In this document: piece after piece, positions 36,891 to 49,656 of the stretch
Layout of the letters: each line of letters opens with the position of its first letter
Position numbering within the stretch: the first letter of the stretch is position 1
Assembly: GCF_004010195.1 (NCBI RefSeq)
Contig: NC_057718.1
Location: 47,108,116 to 47,172,115 of the forward strand
Source of the DNA: Chiloscyllium plagiosum
Taxonomy: Eukaryota
Direction of reading: 5' to 3'
DNA length: 64,000 bases
Position numbers and translations under genes: made by a program
The notes under the pieces: model-generated
What the model saw: only the letters and a program-made list of their open reading frames with translations
Told to the model about the DNA's origin: nothing
The model's database searches: none

Positions 36891-37147
36891 TGATTTGGAG
36901 ATGCCGGTGTTGGACTGGGGAGTACAAAGTTAAAAATCACACAACACAAGGTTATAGTCCAACAGGTTTAATTGGAAGCACACTAGCTTTCGGAGCGCCA
37001 CTCCTTCATCAGGTGGTTATGCAGGACACAATTGTGGATGCCTTACAATTATGTCCTCCACAATCACCTGATGAAGGAGCGGTGCTCCAAAAGCTAGTGC
37101 TTCCAATTAAACCTGTTGGACTATAACCTGGTGTTGTGTGATTTTTA
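36891..37147. mobile_element. Palindromic PLE derivative, family B, with a hammerhead core in each arm and a 12 bp TSD
   Basis: Arms ~36930-37035 and ~37046-37148 inverted. Flanks ATCCAGAGGATA (36879-36890) and ATCCAGAGAATA (37148-37159). Confidence 0.88.
36981..37015 (-). ncRNA. Minimal type I hammerhead ribozyme motif (CUA cleavage triplet)
   Basis: Minus strand CAC-CUGAUGA-A-GGAG(UGGCG)CUCC-GAAA-G-CUA-GUG: helix I CAC/GUG, helix II, and palindromic AGCU in place of helix III. Confidence 0.7.
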
Positions 37148-38741
37148 ATCCAGAGAATAGTCAGTCAGCTAATCATGATGTTCCTTGTTAAGGGGTCCAA
37201 AACTCTTCAGTCCGGGAATTGGGTAACTATTGGTTTTGTGGGTCTAATGCAACTGGTCTGGCATTTAGAACCATTGTTGGGCAGCTGTACACTTATCAGT
37301 CAAGATCTAGTCACTCATTGTTCAGAGCTGTACAGCTAAGACACTCAATGTAGTGGGATATGGCCAACCTCTGGCGGGCGCAGGCAGTGGTATTGGGGGG
37401 GGTTGGATCTATTCACCGGGGTGTATATAAGCAGGTCAGCATTGCAAAAGAAAATGTGGGGAACTTAATTATGGGGATTGTAGTCAGAACTCTGGAATGC
37501 AGAGGGAATGGCAATTCTTAAGGAAGGGCCAACTCAATATACAAAGAGAATGATAATCGAGCATGGGGTTGTCAACATTATGCAGCACTCTGGCTTCCAA
37601 AGGGATAGTGTACAAATAAATCTTGTATATTTACTTGATATGCCTGCTTTTGGGGGAGGTACAGTGAGCAGATCCAGACACGGCCAGCCATATCTTTGCA
37701 TACTAAGCAGACACAGAGTGCTGGACTTGGCTTTCCATGGCAGTTGGCAACCTGTTCATACCAATGCCAACTACTTTTACAGAGCATTTTTCTGATGTTA
37801 ATTTTAAGGATGTGAGCACTACCATCACTTGTTGCTCATTCCTTGAGAAGGTGGTGTTGAGTTGCCTTCTTGCACTGCTGCAGCCCAGGTGGTATAGATC
37901 CACCCAAGATCCTGGAATTTGACCCAGCAACAATGAAGGAAGGGCAGTATAGTTTCAAGTCAGGATTGTATTTTCTGTCATCCATATACTGTGAGATTTG
38001 AATTAAGCCAAACACAAACCCAGCCAGATAAAACAAATTATGCATGATATACAGGTTTCTAGGATTAACATGTTCATCATTTGTTCACTGTGGATCTACC
38101 AATTTGAATATCTATGTAATAAAGACAGAAATTTTATCAGTGAATTACCTGAAAGAACATTGTATGTTGCCTGAAATCTAAACTCGTTTAATATGAAGCT
38201 CTATCAAAAGAAAAAAGAACTTTCATTTACGTAGGAAGTCCTAGAGCATTTGAGAACTAATTAAAGCATAAGCAAAAGCTTCAGTCAATTTGCACACAAA
38301 CAGACCCAAAAACAACAAAAGGGTGAATGACTGAATAATCTGTTTGAATAGTTATGTCTCATACATGACCATCCAAAATAAGAGGGAGCGGGAATGGGTC
38401 AATTGACCATTTGAGTCTGCTTCATCTTTAGTTCCAGAATGAAAACTGAAATACGCTTTACACTTGCTGCCTCTTTCCTGTCCTTACCACATAACCCTAA
38501 ACATTGTTTCTATTTGATGATCTAATGACCTTGAGAATGTCTTATTTTAACCAGCCTCCACCACACTTTCAGGCAGTGTACTCCAGAACTGAATCACACA
38601 CAGTGTGTGAAGTTTTTTCTCACATTGCATTTGCTTCTTTTGCAAACTACCTTAAATCAGTGCTCATTAATTTTCAGTACTTATATGAGAACAAACAGTT
38701 TCTCTCTATTTTCTCTGTTCAGAGCTTTCATTATTTTAATG

Positions 38742-40613
38742 CAGTGTTCAGAAATATACACAATAATACAACTAAGTGTTTTGTGTAGATTCAGCATACC
38801 CTTCTTGTTGTTGTACATAATGTCCCTATTAATAAAGGCCAAGATACTGTATTCTTTATTAACTGCTTACCCTACCTGTCTTGCCCCCATCAATGATCTG
38901 GGCAGGTCTATGTACAGATCCTTCTGTTCTTACATTCCCTGAGGTGTTGAAACCACTATTTGCATTGTCTGTCATTCTTCCAACCAATGCATCACCCCTT
39001 ATTTCTCCGTATGAAACAGCACTCGCCATCTGTTTGTCAATTCCACCAACTTTTCTGTGAGGTCTGGAGGTCACATTGTCTATCCATTATCCTGTTCGCC
39101 TTCTACTTTCCAGAAAAGAGTTTCAAGTTGTGCACACTATCTTGCCAGCTTAAGTGTTTTATCTCTAGAATCATTCACACTAATCTCTTCTACCCTCCAT
39201 CTCATACGTTCTCATCCTTCGGGTGGCACGGTGTCTCAGTGGTTAGCACTGCTGCCTCATAGCACCAGGGTCCCAGGTTTGCTTCCAGCCTCAGGCAGAC
39301 TGTCTGTGCGGAGTTTGCACATTCTCCCTGTGTCCGCGTGGGTTTCCTCTGGGTGCTCCGGTTTCCTCCCACAGTCCGAAGGTGTGCAGGTCAGGTGGAT
39401 TGGCCATGCTAAATTGCCCATAGTGTTAAATGCATCATTCAGAGGAAAATGGGTCTGGGTGGGTTACTCTTCAGAGAATCGGTCTGGACTTGTTGGGCCG
39501 ACGGGCCTGTTTCCAAACTGTAGGCAATCATCATAATCATGAAAAGGTAACACCCAGAACTGAATGCAATACTCTGATAAGAGTCTTAAACAAATTCAGC
39601 ATAGACTGGTTTTCAAACCTTAAAATGATGACTTGCGATAAAGATACTTCAAAAGATAAAGATACTTCAAAAGTTTATCCATTTAAAATTTGTTTATCCA
39701 TTTAAATGTTCGGATGGGCCATTAAGTTGAGGACGCATCTGTCTGTTCAGGTAAAAGATTCCATGACATTATTTAGAAAAGAGCAGGATAGCTCACCTAA
39801 TATTCTAGTCAATACCGATTCACAAGGGACAGCTAAGAAAGAGGAGTTAATACTGCAATCAGGTGAGTCATGATCATACCAAACAACACGTTTGTGAGAA
39901 AAGTTATAGTTCATGGAATAAAAGGGATGGTAGCAATGTGGACACAAATTTGGCTGAGGGATAGGAAACAGAAAGAAGTGGTCAATGGATATTTTTCAGG
40001 CTGGAGGAAATTTTCCAGTAGAATGCCCTTAGAGTCAGTATTGGGACTCCCACTTTTTCTGAGATATACTCCTCATTTAGGTCTTGGTGTGGGGGAACAA
40101 TCACCAGCTTTGATTTCCACAAAGAGAAGTAAGCTAAGATGAGAAGTGAATGAGGTTTCCAAAATCATGCAAGGTCTGGATTGTGTAGATAGGGACAAAC
40201 TGTTCATGTTTATAACAGGATTATCAAAAAAGGGGGTACAAAATTTGGAAACATTGTAAACTGTGAGAAAAATTGTGTGGGACCTCCTGATCACACAGAA
40301 AAGTTGGTGGAATGGACAGATAGATGGCGAGTGCTGTTTCATACGGAGAAATAAGGGGTGATACATTGGTTGGAAGAACGTGACAGACAATGCAAATAGT
40401 GGTTTCAACACCTCAGGGAATGTAGGAACAGAAGGATCTGTACATAGACCTGCCCAGATCATTGAGGGGGGCAAGACAGGTAGGGTGAGCAGTTAATAAA
40501 GAATACAGTATCTTGGCCTTTATTAATAGGGACATTATGTACAACAGCAAGAAGGGTATGCTGAACTTACACAAAACACTTAGCTGTATTATTGTGTATA
40601 TTTCTGAACACTG
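38742..40613. repeat. ~330 bp high-identity inverted repeat (38742-39072 versus 40281-40613) within two old, oppositely oriented CR1 copies (~38370-39075 minus; ~39850-41100 plus)
   Basis: Reverse-complement comparison by eye. The ORF track shows the same peptides on opposite strands (38607+ versus 40413-, and 38960+ versus 40073-). Confidence 0.9.
39221..39540 (+). mobile_element. HE1-type V-SINE in the spacer of the inverted repeat
   Basis: gggtggcacggtgtctcagtggttagcactgctgcctca head, V-domain and CR1-like tail. Confidence 0.88.
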
Positions 40614-41117
40614 TATCAAAGGGTGAATGTGAACACATTGGAGACAGAAAAAGAGATTTATGAAAATGATTACAGTGATGAGAAACTTCAACTATGAAGA
40701 AGTTTGGACTGTTCCCCTCGAAGAGAAGAAGGCTTTAGAAGAGGTGTGACAGAAGTTTTCAAAACCGTGCAAGGTCTAGATCTTGTAGATAGTGATTGAA
40801 ACTGTTTCTACTTATAAAAGGATGAACGAGAGGGTGCAGATTTGCAAATGAAGCAAATGTGATGTGAGAAAAAAACGTTCTCACAAGTGATTTTGATCTG
40901 GAATATGCCGCCTGGATATATGTGGAGGCAGGTTCAATTGAGACATACAAGAAGGCATTACACTACTATTTAACAGAAACAATGTGCAGAGTTACAGAGA
41001 AAAGGCCAGGAGAACGGCAGTAAGTGAACATGTTTATTGATTAGCCAGTGCAGATAATAGTGGGTCAAATGGCCTTCTTCTGCACTGTAACACTTCTTTG
41101 ATTTCAGCTTCTCTTCC

Positions 41118-41369
41118 TTTATTTCAGACTTGCAATACATTCTTTTCACCATCACTAATTTGACAAATTAGTGAACAATAAAAGTAATTTTAATCTTAGT
41201 TTTAATGTATGTAAAAGTTAAATATAATGAATATATGACAGCTATAATGACCTTTAAGGTTGCCTTTATCATGATATTCTTACTTAACACCAAGATGTAT
41301 AAAGAAAAGATAGAATCCTTCATTCTCCAGGAAATCAAGCATTCTTACTCAACTTTGTTACTTTTTATT
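41118..41369 (-). promoter_or_regulatory. Candidate TATDN3 polyadenylation signals (AATAAA at 41364-41369 and 41118-41123)
   Basis: tttatt on the plus strand about 17 nt and about 260 nt downstream of the stop codon. Which one, if either, is used is unknown. Confidence 0.4.
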
Positions 41370-41385
41370 GAACAGAGAACCTGGG

Positions 41386-41529
41386 TTACAAGTGGATTAA
41401 TTTTTGGAGCTTTGGGAAAAGTTTGCATGCATTCCTCGTTGTCACTTCCATGACATTCTCCACTGAAAGCCCTTTAATTTGTGCAATATACTGACAGGAG
41501 ATAGATATGTTCTTCGGCTCATTTCTCAT
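41386..41529 (-). CDS. TATDN3: TATDN3 terminal coding exon: [47 protein letters not shown]
   Basis: RNEP motif and TT.NA.KLF C-terminus typical of TatD. Acceptor gctgttttacag. Stop TAA at 41388-41386. Confidence 0.95.
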   Translation of the reverse strand: MRNEPKNISISCQYIAQIKGLSVENVMEVTTRNACKLFPKLQKLIHL

Positions 41530-41889
41530 CTGTAAAACAGCAATAAGTGTGTATCAGCGATGTTCACCACAACACAGTGCAGTTATAGGATGCAATGTAG
41601 ATAACAAATCAATTCATCTTACTAATTTAAAATATTTGTTGTCAGCTGCAGTGTTCTTTCAAACAGATAGCTCAAACCTTTCCCATTCAATTCTTCTGAA
41701 TCACATTATTTAAACAATATATTTAGTTTGCAACAACACGAACAACCTTTCATAAAATTCTATTATCAGTTAATATATGCGATGCCTGGTTTAGAATTTA
41801 TATAGATATAGACATGAGGGCCCAGATTTGATCCTTAGGCAGTGTTGAATTGATTGATATCAACTGTGGGAAGATTCGCTACTTAAAGC

Positions 41890-42435
41890 AAAGTGGAATA
41901 TAATGTGGTGAAATGTGATTCATGTTTGTTGGAAGAAGAGAAAAAAACCCTGAATGTTTGGGTTTAAAATGATGAGAAATTATTGAATATTATTGTCCAG
42001 AGGGTTAGGATGATCTTATACACAAATATCAGAAATTTAACGCCATGGTAGAACAAATAAATAGGAGGACAACTGGTTTGTATGTGAAATGAACTGCCAG
42101 ATGAAGTGGTAGATGCAGGTACATTTAAAATACATTTAGATCAGTACATGAATTGGAAAGGTTTGGAGCTTATGTGGCATATGCCTTGTGCAACATAACC
42201 TGTGTGCCTCTGTCTGAGCTTTTCTTTCACCCTATGACCTACCCGTACAGCTTGTAAACAAAGCTTTTCACTGTATTTAGGTACACATGTCAATACATCA
42301 AAATCAATCAATCAATCAATCAATCAATGAGCCAAACACAGACAAATGGGATTAGTTTAGCTTGGGAAACTTGGTTGCCATGGACAAGTTGGACTAAAGG
42401 GTCTGTTTCCATGCTATATGACTCTACGACTCTAA
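41890..42435 (+). mobile_element. CR1 fragments, interrupted at ~42172-42328 by the 3' end of another LINE ending in (TCAA)n
   Basis: The CR1 tail is split between ggtttggagct and gagccaaacacagacaaatggg. The insert ends cttttcactgtatttaggtacacatgtcaata followed by TCAA repeats. Confidence 0.6.
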
Positions 42436-43239
42436 GTGGTAGCACACTCAGATATACATACTGGGGCACAGAAAGAGAATTCTCAGGAATTTACTGAGAT
42501 CTTTTTAAAAACACGATCATGGAGAGTATCCCACACTGAGCTGGCCATGAAATGGCAGCTTTTCCTCATTAAAGGGCCACTTGCAAGAGCTCTGACAAAC
42601 TTTATGTTATAGACCAGATGCACTAAAAACTGCCTGATGGGTTAACTTTACTTTAAAAGTTGAGGCATAGAATTCAACTGAGGTATTCGCTATTACTGGC
42701 AGAGCTATTCTGGTTCTAAGGAGGTTTGGAGATCTAAGCGTATAAGACAGGTAATGCTTCCATTGCATTCTTGCTGAGGCAAAACCAGCAAAAACACAAT
42801 TCCTCCAATATGTTTAAATTATGTTTTTGCAAAATAATCTTTGTTCATAAAATATTTAAAGCTATATTCTCAAACATTTCAGATTGGATGTTATGGAAAA
42901 TACAATAGATATAACATTGAGCATGTTGCATTCTTCAATATCCCAATCCAATTCTAATACATGGGAAATTTACTATATGCAATCAGTGACATGCAGCCTG
43001 ATAGTACACTTTAGCTGAAATGCCTGAGACATTTGCCTTTCCTCAATACACCTTTGTAGCGGATCCCCCATGCTTTAGTATGTCCCTCAGCATACATCTA
43101 TGGACCTTGGGATGTGCCAATGTGCAACATTCTGTTGAGGACAACTCAAATTTAAGTAATTGGCACAGTCCAACTATTTAGCTCCTGATACAAACCACTT
43201 TTCTATGTTCAGGACATGATAGACAGGCTTGGTTTGTAT

Positions 43240-43640
43240 CTGGATTTTAGAAGAACAAGAGGCAAGTTAATTGAAATAGGTAAGATCCTGAAGGGGTCTT
43301 AACAGGGTAGATGTGGAGAGGATCTTCCTCTTATGGAAGAATCTAGAACAAGGAGGCACAAAGCCAATGCAGAGTGGCCCACTTAAACAGAGATTAGGTG
43401 AACATTTTTTCTGTCAAAGGGTTGTGGGTCTTTGGGTATCTTCCTAAAACAGTAGTGAATGCAGAGCTCTTGAATATTTTTAAGGCCGAGCTAGTGAGAA
43501 TCTTGTTAAGCAAGGTGATGAAGGAGGCAGGCAGGAATGCAGGTTGAGGTTATAATCAAATCAACCATGATTTTCCTCATGGTGGAGCAGGCTCAAGGGA
43601 CTGAATGGTCTGCCCCTAAATTTATATGTTCGTATGTTCA
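43240..43640 (+). mobile_element. Old CR1 3' fragment
   Basis: Decayed equivalents of the RGDLIE.YKIL.G.DRVD and tail sequences. Confidence 0.65.
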
Positions 43641-44439
43641 TATATTAATGGCTGTAGACTTCTCCTCATTCTCCAGCTGGAATTTCCAAAGGAAAACTCA
43701 TTCACCCTAAACCAGCTTCACTTGTTTCTGAGTTAAAGACTGAATGCATTTTGAAAACTTGACAAATATATGTCGTTGGGAGAGAAAAATGGTGTTGGAA
43801 GGATGAGATACAAAAAATTAAGTGGGAGCTGAACACATTCTAAAACATTCTTAAAACAAATACCTGTTCTTTTCTAATGGTAGTGGATTTATTGGAGAAA
43901 CTGGCTATTTTTTCTGGTTTTGTTTATCATCAATATTACCATTAATTGATGCAGAGACCACTCAGGTATAAAAACATGAGTTTGCTGGTTGGAACTGATA
44001 CCAGAGCAATCACGCAGACTAGACTTAGGCCCCAGCCTTGGCTTAGTAAGAGGGACATGAAAAACAGTGAAGGCAATGCAACTGCAACCCTAGGAATGCA
44101 AACAGTCAATCCATGAATGTGATTTAGAGAAAATATTACTGCTGGTTGTGACAGTTTCAAAGCCATCTTGGTCATTTCCTATCATCGGATTGAATAATGG
44201 CAGCATCCTTTTACTGGAACGTTTCGCTTGCATGGCCATTGAGTAGTCGTGACTTGCTTAACCTGTTTATCATTTTAGATACTTTGCGTTTCCTAGGTAA
44301 TTTAAAATAAAGTGTGCATTTTTCAAGAATGGAAGCAGCTGCCTTTGATCCATTTCAGAATTTACTGAATATATAATCTCCAACAATCTGATTAGAAAAG
44401 CCATTGTCCTACAGAATACATTTACTACACTCCATTTCT

Positions 44440-45030
44440 GCACCAAACTTGCAAGATGAGCAAATGACAAGGCCCTTGTTTACATGATTGCTTATAAGGT
44501 CAATCTTCTTGCTCATGGAGCTTGATGAATCTTAAAATATATATTGATCAGTGAAAATAGGTTTGCAATAGACAGTTCCATTAGCTGATTGCTTAGTTAG
44601 CATGTTAAGAAAAGGAACTGTATCAAACTGTTCCATCCCAAAAGTAAATTTAGGATCAGGATGGATTGTATTAAGATGTGTAAGGAAATCCTTACACATG
44701 GCTGCAGATCTAGTGACAAACTGAATCATCTATGTATTGGAAATATACTCAGAGTAGGAGGTTATGGCTCATATTATTAAAAGCAAGTTTCTCACAGAAA
44801 GCAACAAAAACAGTTACTGAGCACTACATCTAAAAGAGATCCAATGGCTACCCCCTCAATTTGGCTGTGCAGGCTGTAATTTAAAGTGAACTCAATAACA
44901 CAAGTTACTAACTTCAAAAGTTCAATGAACACAGGTACAGATAATTGTATGCATCTATATTACCATGATATGGCAATATGGTGAAAACACTGATAGCTTT
45001 CTTCAATAGGATGTTCAAAACTAAAATAAA
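44440..45030 (-). mobile_element. Decayed Penelope-like reverse transcriptase fragment
   Basis: QIEGVAIGS (GVAMGS motif) near 44840-44870 and FLTHLNTIHPDPKFTFGMEQ...PFL...TVYCKP.FTDQY (ORF 44532-44729). Confidence 0.8.
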
Positions 45031-45084
45031 TTTGAAATTCTGATGTTTGTCTTGAGAGCAAGATGAGAAGCTTTGGTAATACAC

Positions 45085-45800
45085 GGAGCAATGCTGACTA
45101 TCCCAGCAAGTGCATTCTTTTCCAAATGAGAGTAAATCCTGTCCCTAAGGATCTTATCCAACAATTTCCCTACCACTGATGTGAGGCTCACTGGTTTATA
45201 ACTTCTTGGATTATCCCTGTTGCTCTTCTTAGACAAAGGAATAATGGTGGCTAGTCTCCACTCTTCTGAGACCTTGCCTATATCTAAAGAAAAAAATAAA
45301 GATTTGTCAAGGCCCCAGAAATTTCCTCCCTTGTCCCCCTTATTATCAGGGGAGAGATCCCATCAGGGCTGAAGTACTTATCTATCTTAATGTTTTTTAA
45401 GACACTCAAACCAGTTCCTTCTTAATATCAACATGATTAGAATATCAACATATTCCTCTCTAATATTACGATCATCTATTTCCTTCTCCTTGGTGAATAT
45501 CAATGTGAAATACTCATTAAGGACCTCACCCACTTACTCTGGCTCCATAAATAAATTCCCTCTTTTGTCCTTGAGTTGACTTACCCTTTCCTTAGCTACT
45601 TGCTTGCTCATAATATACATACAAAATGCCTTGGGATTCTCCCTTATCCTACTTATCAAGTATATTTCATGGCTCCTTATGGACCTCATAATTCCTTATT
45701 TAAGTTCTTTCCTTCTTCCTTTAACTTAGACAAGGCTTTCAAGGAATACAAGTTTCCCTAAATCTCACATATGTGACCTTTCTCTTTTTGACTAAACTTT
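45085..45800 (-). mobile_element. Old CR1 ORF2 fragment
   Basis: KKSNRDNPRSYKPVSLTSVVGKLLDKILRDRIYSHL. Confidence 0.8.
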
Positions 45801-46375
45801 CAATATCATTTTCTTTTCAGCAATATTCAGGTTTTGTACTGAATGCCTTTATTGAAGCCCAGCATTTTGCACGTCTTATTAACTACTTTTTCATTCAAGT
45901 CCAGCTCTAAGAATTTATATACATATTAGTCTCCTTCTGGGGCTAAACTCAAAGGATCAGGGCCAGATTTGAAAGAGTCAGGAAAATTTCAAAAGGACCA
46001 GGGTATGAGACAGAACGATCGGAGGGTGGAATCAGTTGGGTTGGAGGCAGGATTGGAGGCATCAGCAGCAAAGTTAGAAGGTTTCAGGCTGCAGAATTCA
46101 CAGGTCTGAGAAGTGGAATTGGAAGGTGAGTGAGGTTACAGCAGGAGGTCAAAACCAGCATCAGAAGGTTTGAGGAAGGTATGATTTCAAAGATCCGTGG
46201 GCAACATCGCAAAGATCAGGATTTAGAGTGGAAAGGTTGGAGTGGAATTGGAATGATCATTGGTGGAATCAGTAAGGTTGGGAGTGTGGCAGGATAGAGT
46301 TTGTTGTAAAATATTTCTGATTCACCTACTTTTTGATTTGAAAGAGAAATTATACATGTAGAATTACAATGTTAC

Positions 46376-46456
46376 CTGTTTTTCTGGCCCTAACGCAGGA
46401 GAGTCTGTCTCCAAGCAGATAAACTCTAGTGGCAGCTGCTTCACCAATTTCTGCTT
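46376..46456 (-). CDS. TATDN3: TATDN3 internal coding exon (81 bp): [27 protein letters not shown]
   Basis: Catalytic LETDSP motif. Donor gtaaca. Acceptor is a tandem cccAAG/AAG/CAG, so the exact upper boundary could be 46456, 46453 or 46450. Confidence 0.93.
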
Positions 46457-46730
46457 CTTGGGAATAGTAAAGAAAATTAATATGTTTGCAGATTACATAA
46501 GTTGAAAATTCAGATAAACAATATCTTGCAATACATTTAAAATCCACAAAAACCTATTTAACGTCACAGTTTAAATATAATACTTCTAAGAAAATTCTCC
46601 TGTAACAAACCTATTCCTTCTGCCCACAGGTTTGTAGTAGCAATATTCAATATGAAAATCGCTGTAAATGAATATTAACAATCAACATTTGTGTTTTACA
46701 TATGTGCTGACTAGCCTACAAAACTATTTT

Positions 46731-46878
46731 AAACACCGAAAGAACTGTGAATGCTGGAAATCAGAACCAAATGCTGCCACATCTGGCAGCATCTGTGAAG
46801 TGAAATTGGAGTTAACTTTTTGAGTCCAGTCACCCTTCTCAGAACCAGCTGAGCTTTTTCAGCAATTTCTGTTTTTGT
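46731..46878. mobile_element. Decayed palindromic PLE derivative with 14 bp TSD
   Basis: aatgctggaaatcag...ggcagcatctg terminus. Flanks TACAAAACTATTTT (46717-46730) and TACACAACTATTTT (46879-46892). Confidence 0.65.
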
Positions 46879-47573
46879 TACACAACTATTTTGTTAGGTG
46901 TATTTTTGTACTTTGGAATTTTCTGTCGTTTATTCATAAGGATATAATACTTATTCTGTGATGGAGCAATAATAGCCCTAATGATAATAATAGTCCTAAG
47001 AGTAGCAACAGCCTTTCTCAACCACAGTCAAGTGGAAGCCGCATAGTGGATTCTGGTAGGTTATAAGAAATTACCACCACTAAGTCAGATTCTGTCTTAA
47101 TGGTAGAAGATTTTGTCTGGTTACCAAAGTTGCAAATAGTCTGGTTCAACCTGACCAGAGAAGCTTAGACAGCAAATGCAGTAACCTCATTCAAATTGAG
47201 ACATCATCCAGATAAATACCAGATAACGCAAGCACAATGAAGGGGTTGTTGAGAAGTGGTGAAGAGATTGAATAGGTGTCATTAACTTACATGTAAAATC
47301 TGACCCCATGTTTATGGATGATGTTGCCAAGAGGCCGCATATAAATGATGAAGGGCTAAGAATAAAGTCTTGGTGGACTAGAGAGGTTACATTGCAGAAT
47401 TGAGAGAAGTCATTACCGACTGGACCCTCTGGCTACAATCAGAGTTAAGAACAAAAATAAGCAATAGTAGTCCAATTAAGTTAGAAAATGGCAGAGGCAT
47501 TGGAGAAGGATAGTGTGGTGGACGATGTTTAAGGCTATAGAGTGGTGCAGTAGGATGAGAATGAAATATGCAC

Positions 47574-48430
47574 TGTGATGTAAAGTATGTGATTTATGCA
47601 CATCAATATAATTTATCTTTGACTTTAGATTTTGAATTAGTAGTATGTGTTTTTTTTAAAGGGTTTAATAATTTGCATGTCAGTTTTTCAGAAGCCTTTT
47701 TTTAAAACCAGAACAAGAGAGGACGTCACCTAGTGTGATAACGGGAACTTGTTTGCAGTGTGAGAGTTTCATGATTGGATAGAGTAAACATTGAAGGCAT
47801 TTGTTGCTTTTGATTTAAAAGAATCAGGATTTATTTTTGCTTAAGGGAGAAGAAATATAGATTGTAAAGCTTTTGGAGGTAGTTTGCAGAAGTTTTGGCT
47901 GAAGTTGGATGCAAGAACAGATTTTCCTGGAGAAAGGAGTTAACTCAAAACAGTTAGGAAATAGTGTAAGGGATTTAGTTTGAAATTCCAGAACTGATAT
48001 GTTTGAATAGAACGCTAAAGGGGTTATTTGAAACAGCGAAATTCTAATCTCAGTTGTGTGAATAATCAAGGGAAAGGCCAACAACACTCAAGAACAAGAA
48101 TTAAAAGAAACATAAGTCAAACCTGCAGAGGTGATGGAGAAGGAAACTCCTTCTCTCTGGTATTTAAGGACTGTAGGTGTTGCTGTTGGGATAGTTGGGA
48201 TAATTTTATCGTGTGTTTTGAAATCTTTCAAACAGTGTTATTGTAAAAAAGCTTGGTTTATATTATCTTATTGCCACTTCTTTTGTGTAATAAACTTCTG
48301 CATCTGTATCATTGATGCTTGTGTTTCAGTGAAAAACCACTTCATAACATTAAAAGAAAACCTAACCAATCAACTCGATTTCAGTCTGAAATTTGACTTG
48401 TTCAGTAATAACATCAGCTGGATCACAACA
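47574..48430. mobile_element. Possible solo LTR inserted in a decayed LINE
   Basis: Termini TGTGAT...ATCACA(ACA) and an internal AATAAA near 48290. No convincing TSD. Confidence 0.35.
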
Positions 48431-49029
48431 GGTAGTTATAGGAGATGAAATCTTGGTTCGATCATTTTGATGTTGTAACAGGAGCATGAATCAGATTGGA
48501 AAGATTGCAGGACAGACAAACATAGATATGGTATATCACAACATATCACAACTTTGGAAATGAAAAGGAGTTTCATTCATGGCGGAAATTTACAAAGACA
48601 GAGTGGTCAAGAGTGGGTGACTTGAGGAAAGTGTAGTTAGCATAATGGAACCATGAGAGGTACTCATGGAAATCATGAACAAAATAAATCTCAATAAACA
48701 GACAATGGAAAAATACAGAGACACAATGATTCAGGGCTGAAGGAGTGGGGAACTTCTGGGAAGGTTTGAATTAAATGAGATAGTAAAGAACATAGAACCT
48801 TCGCAACAAATAAGTTTAAGAGCTCCTTTCATATATTGTTGGAATTGACAGCAGATAAAATAACGTCAGAGTAGACAGTCTGTACAGCAGAAAAAAAAAA
48901 CAGCGTTATCAGTGATCCAGGATGGTTCTGGATTACAATTTTGACAGAAAAGTATGAGTTTCAGTAGTGGCTGAGGTAGTTCAATCAAGCTGATGCTAGA
49001 TTAGGTACTTGATTTATGTCTCATACTCA

Positions 49030-49280
49030 CAAAGCTGTGGTAAAAACAAAATCCTAGAGAAAATCAATAGGTCTGGCAGCTTCTATGAAGAGAGAAAAAT
49101 AGAGTCTCTGCAGAACTTCCTGTTTTTATTTCAGATTTCCAGCATTTTCAGTATTTTGCTTTTTTGCTCAAAATTGTGCCTATTTGATTTGATCAAAAAT
49201 CAAACTACACCAAGTTATAGTCCAACAAGTTGATTTTTGACCTTGTCAACTCCAGTCCAACTCTGGCATCTCCACATCAT
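49030..49280. mobile_element. Two adjacent decayed PLE-derived palindrome remnants (second is family B)
   Basis: ggtctggcagc...gatttccagcat, then aaaaatc...gttatagtccaaca...ccagtccaactctggcatctccacatc. Confidence 0.55.
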
Positions 49281-49543
49281 ATTTAATTTTGAGACAGTGA
49301 AGAAAGAAACCATACTCGTTCAACAAGCAATACAACAGGCAGCAAGGTTTTGCTAGTGGAAAGAGTATTAGAGTTGTGTGAGTGATCGAGCAAAGTGACC
49401 ACTATGGAAGTATCTCAGATGACCTTTTCACAAATACTGTACCTTGAACCTTAGCAATGGAGTTTTGGGTCTTTTAGAGAATTAATATAACTGCTACATG
49501 TCTAGCTTGAATATTTTGGCAAACATTATTATGTTGATCTAAC

Positions 49544-49656
49544 CTGCTCGCTTCTTACGATAGATGGTGGAATTGAAAAGAAAAATCCAGCTTTCACCCC
49601 TTCCATAGCCACAGAGGGTTTTCCATCAAATGCATGCAACAACACTTTCTTAGCTC
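49544..49656 (-). CDS. TATDN3: TATDN3 internal coding exon (113 bp): (G)[37 protein letters not shown]
   Basis: LLHAFDG TatD motif. Acceptor ttttgttttcctag, donor gttaga. Confidence 0.95.

Noticed and set aside
39637..39706. Short tandem duplications (gataaagatacttcaaaa x2; tttatccatttaaa x2; also gtgggttgcgctga x2 at ~19413-19444)
   Set aside because: Ordinary replication-slippage duplications; not a CRISPR-like array, as there is no repeat-spacer periodicity and the context is eukaryotic.
1..41000. Expected syntenic neighbours SPATA45 or FLVCR1 downstream of TATDN3
   Set aside because: No matching peptide was recognised by eye or in the ORF track. A small diverged exon could have been missed; tblastn is needed.
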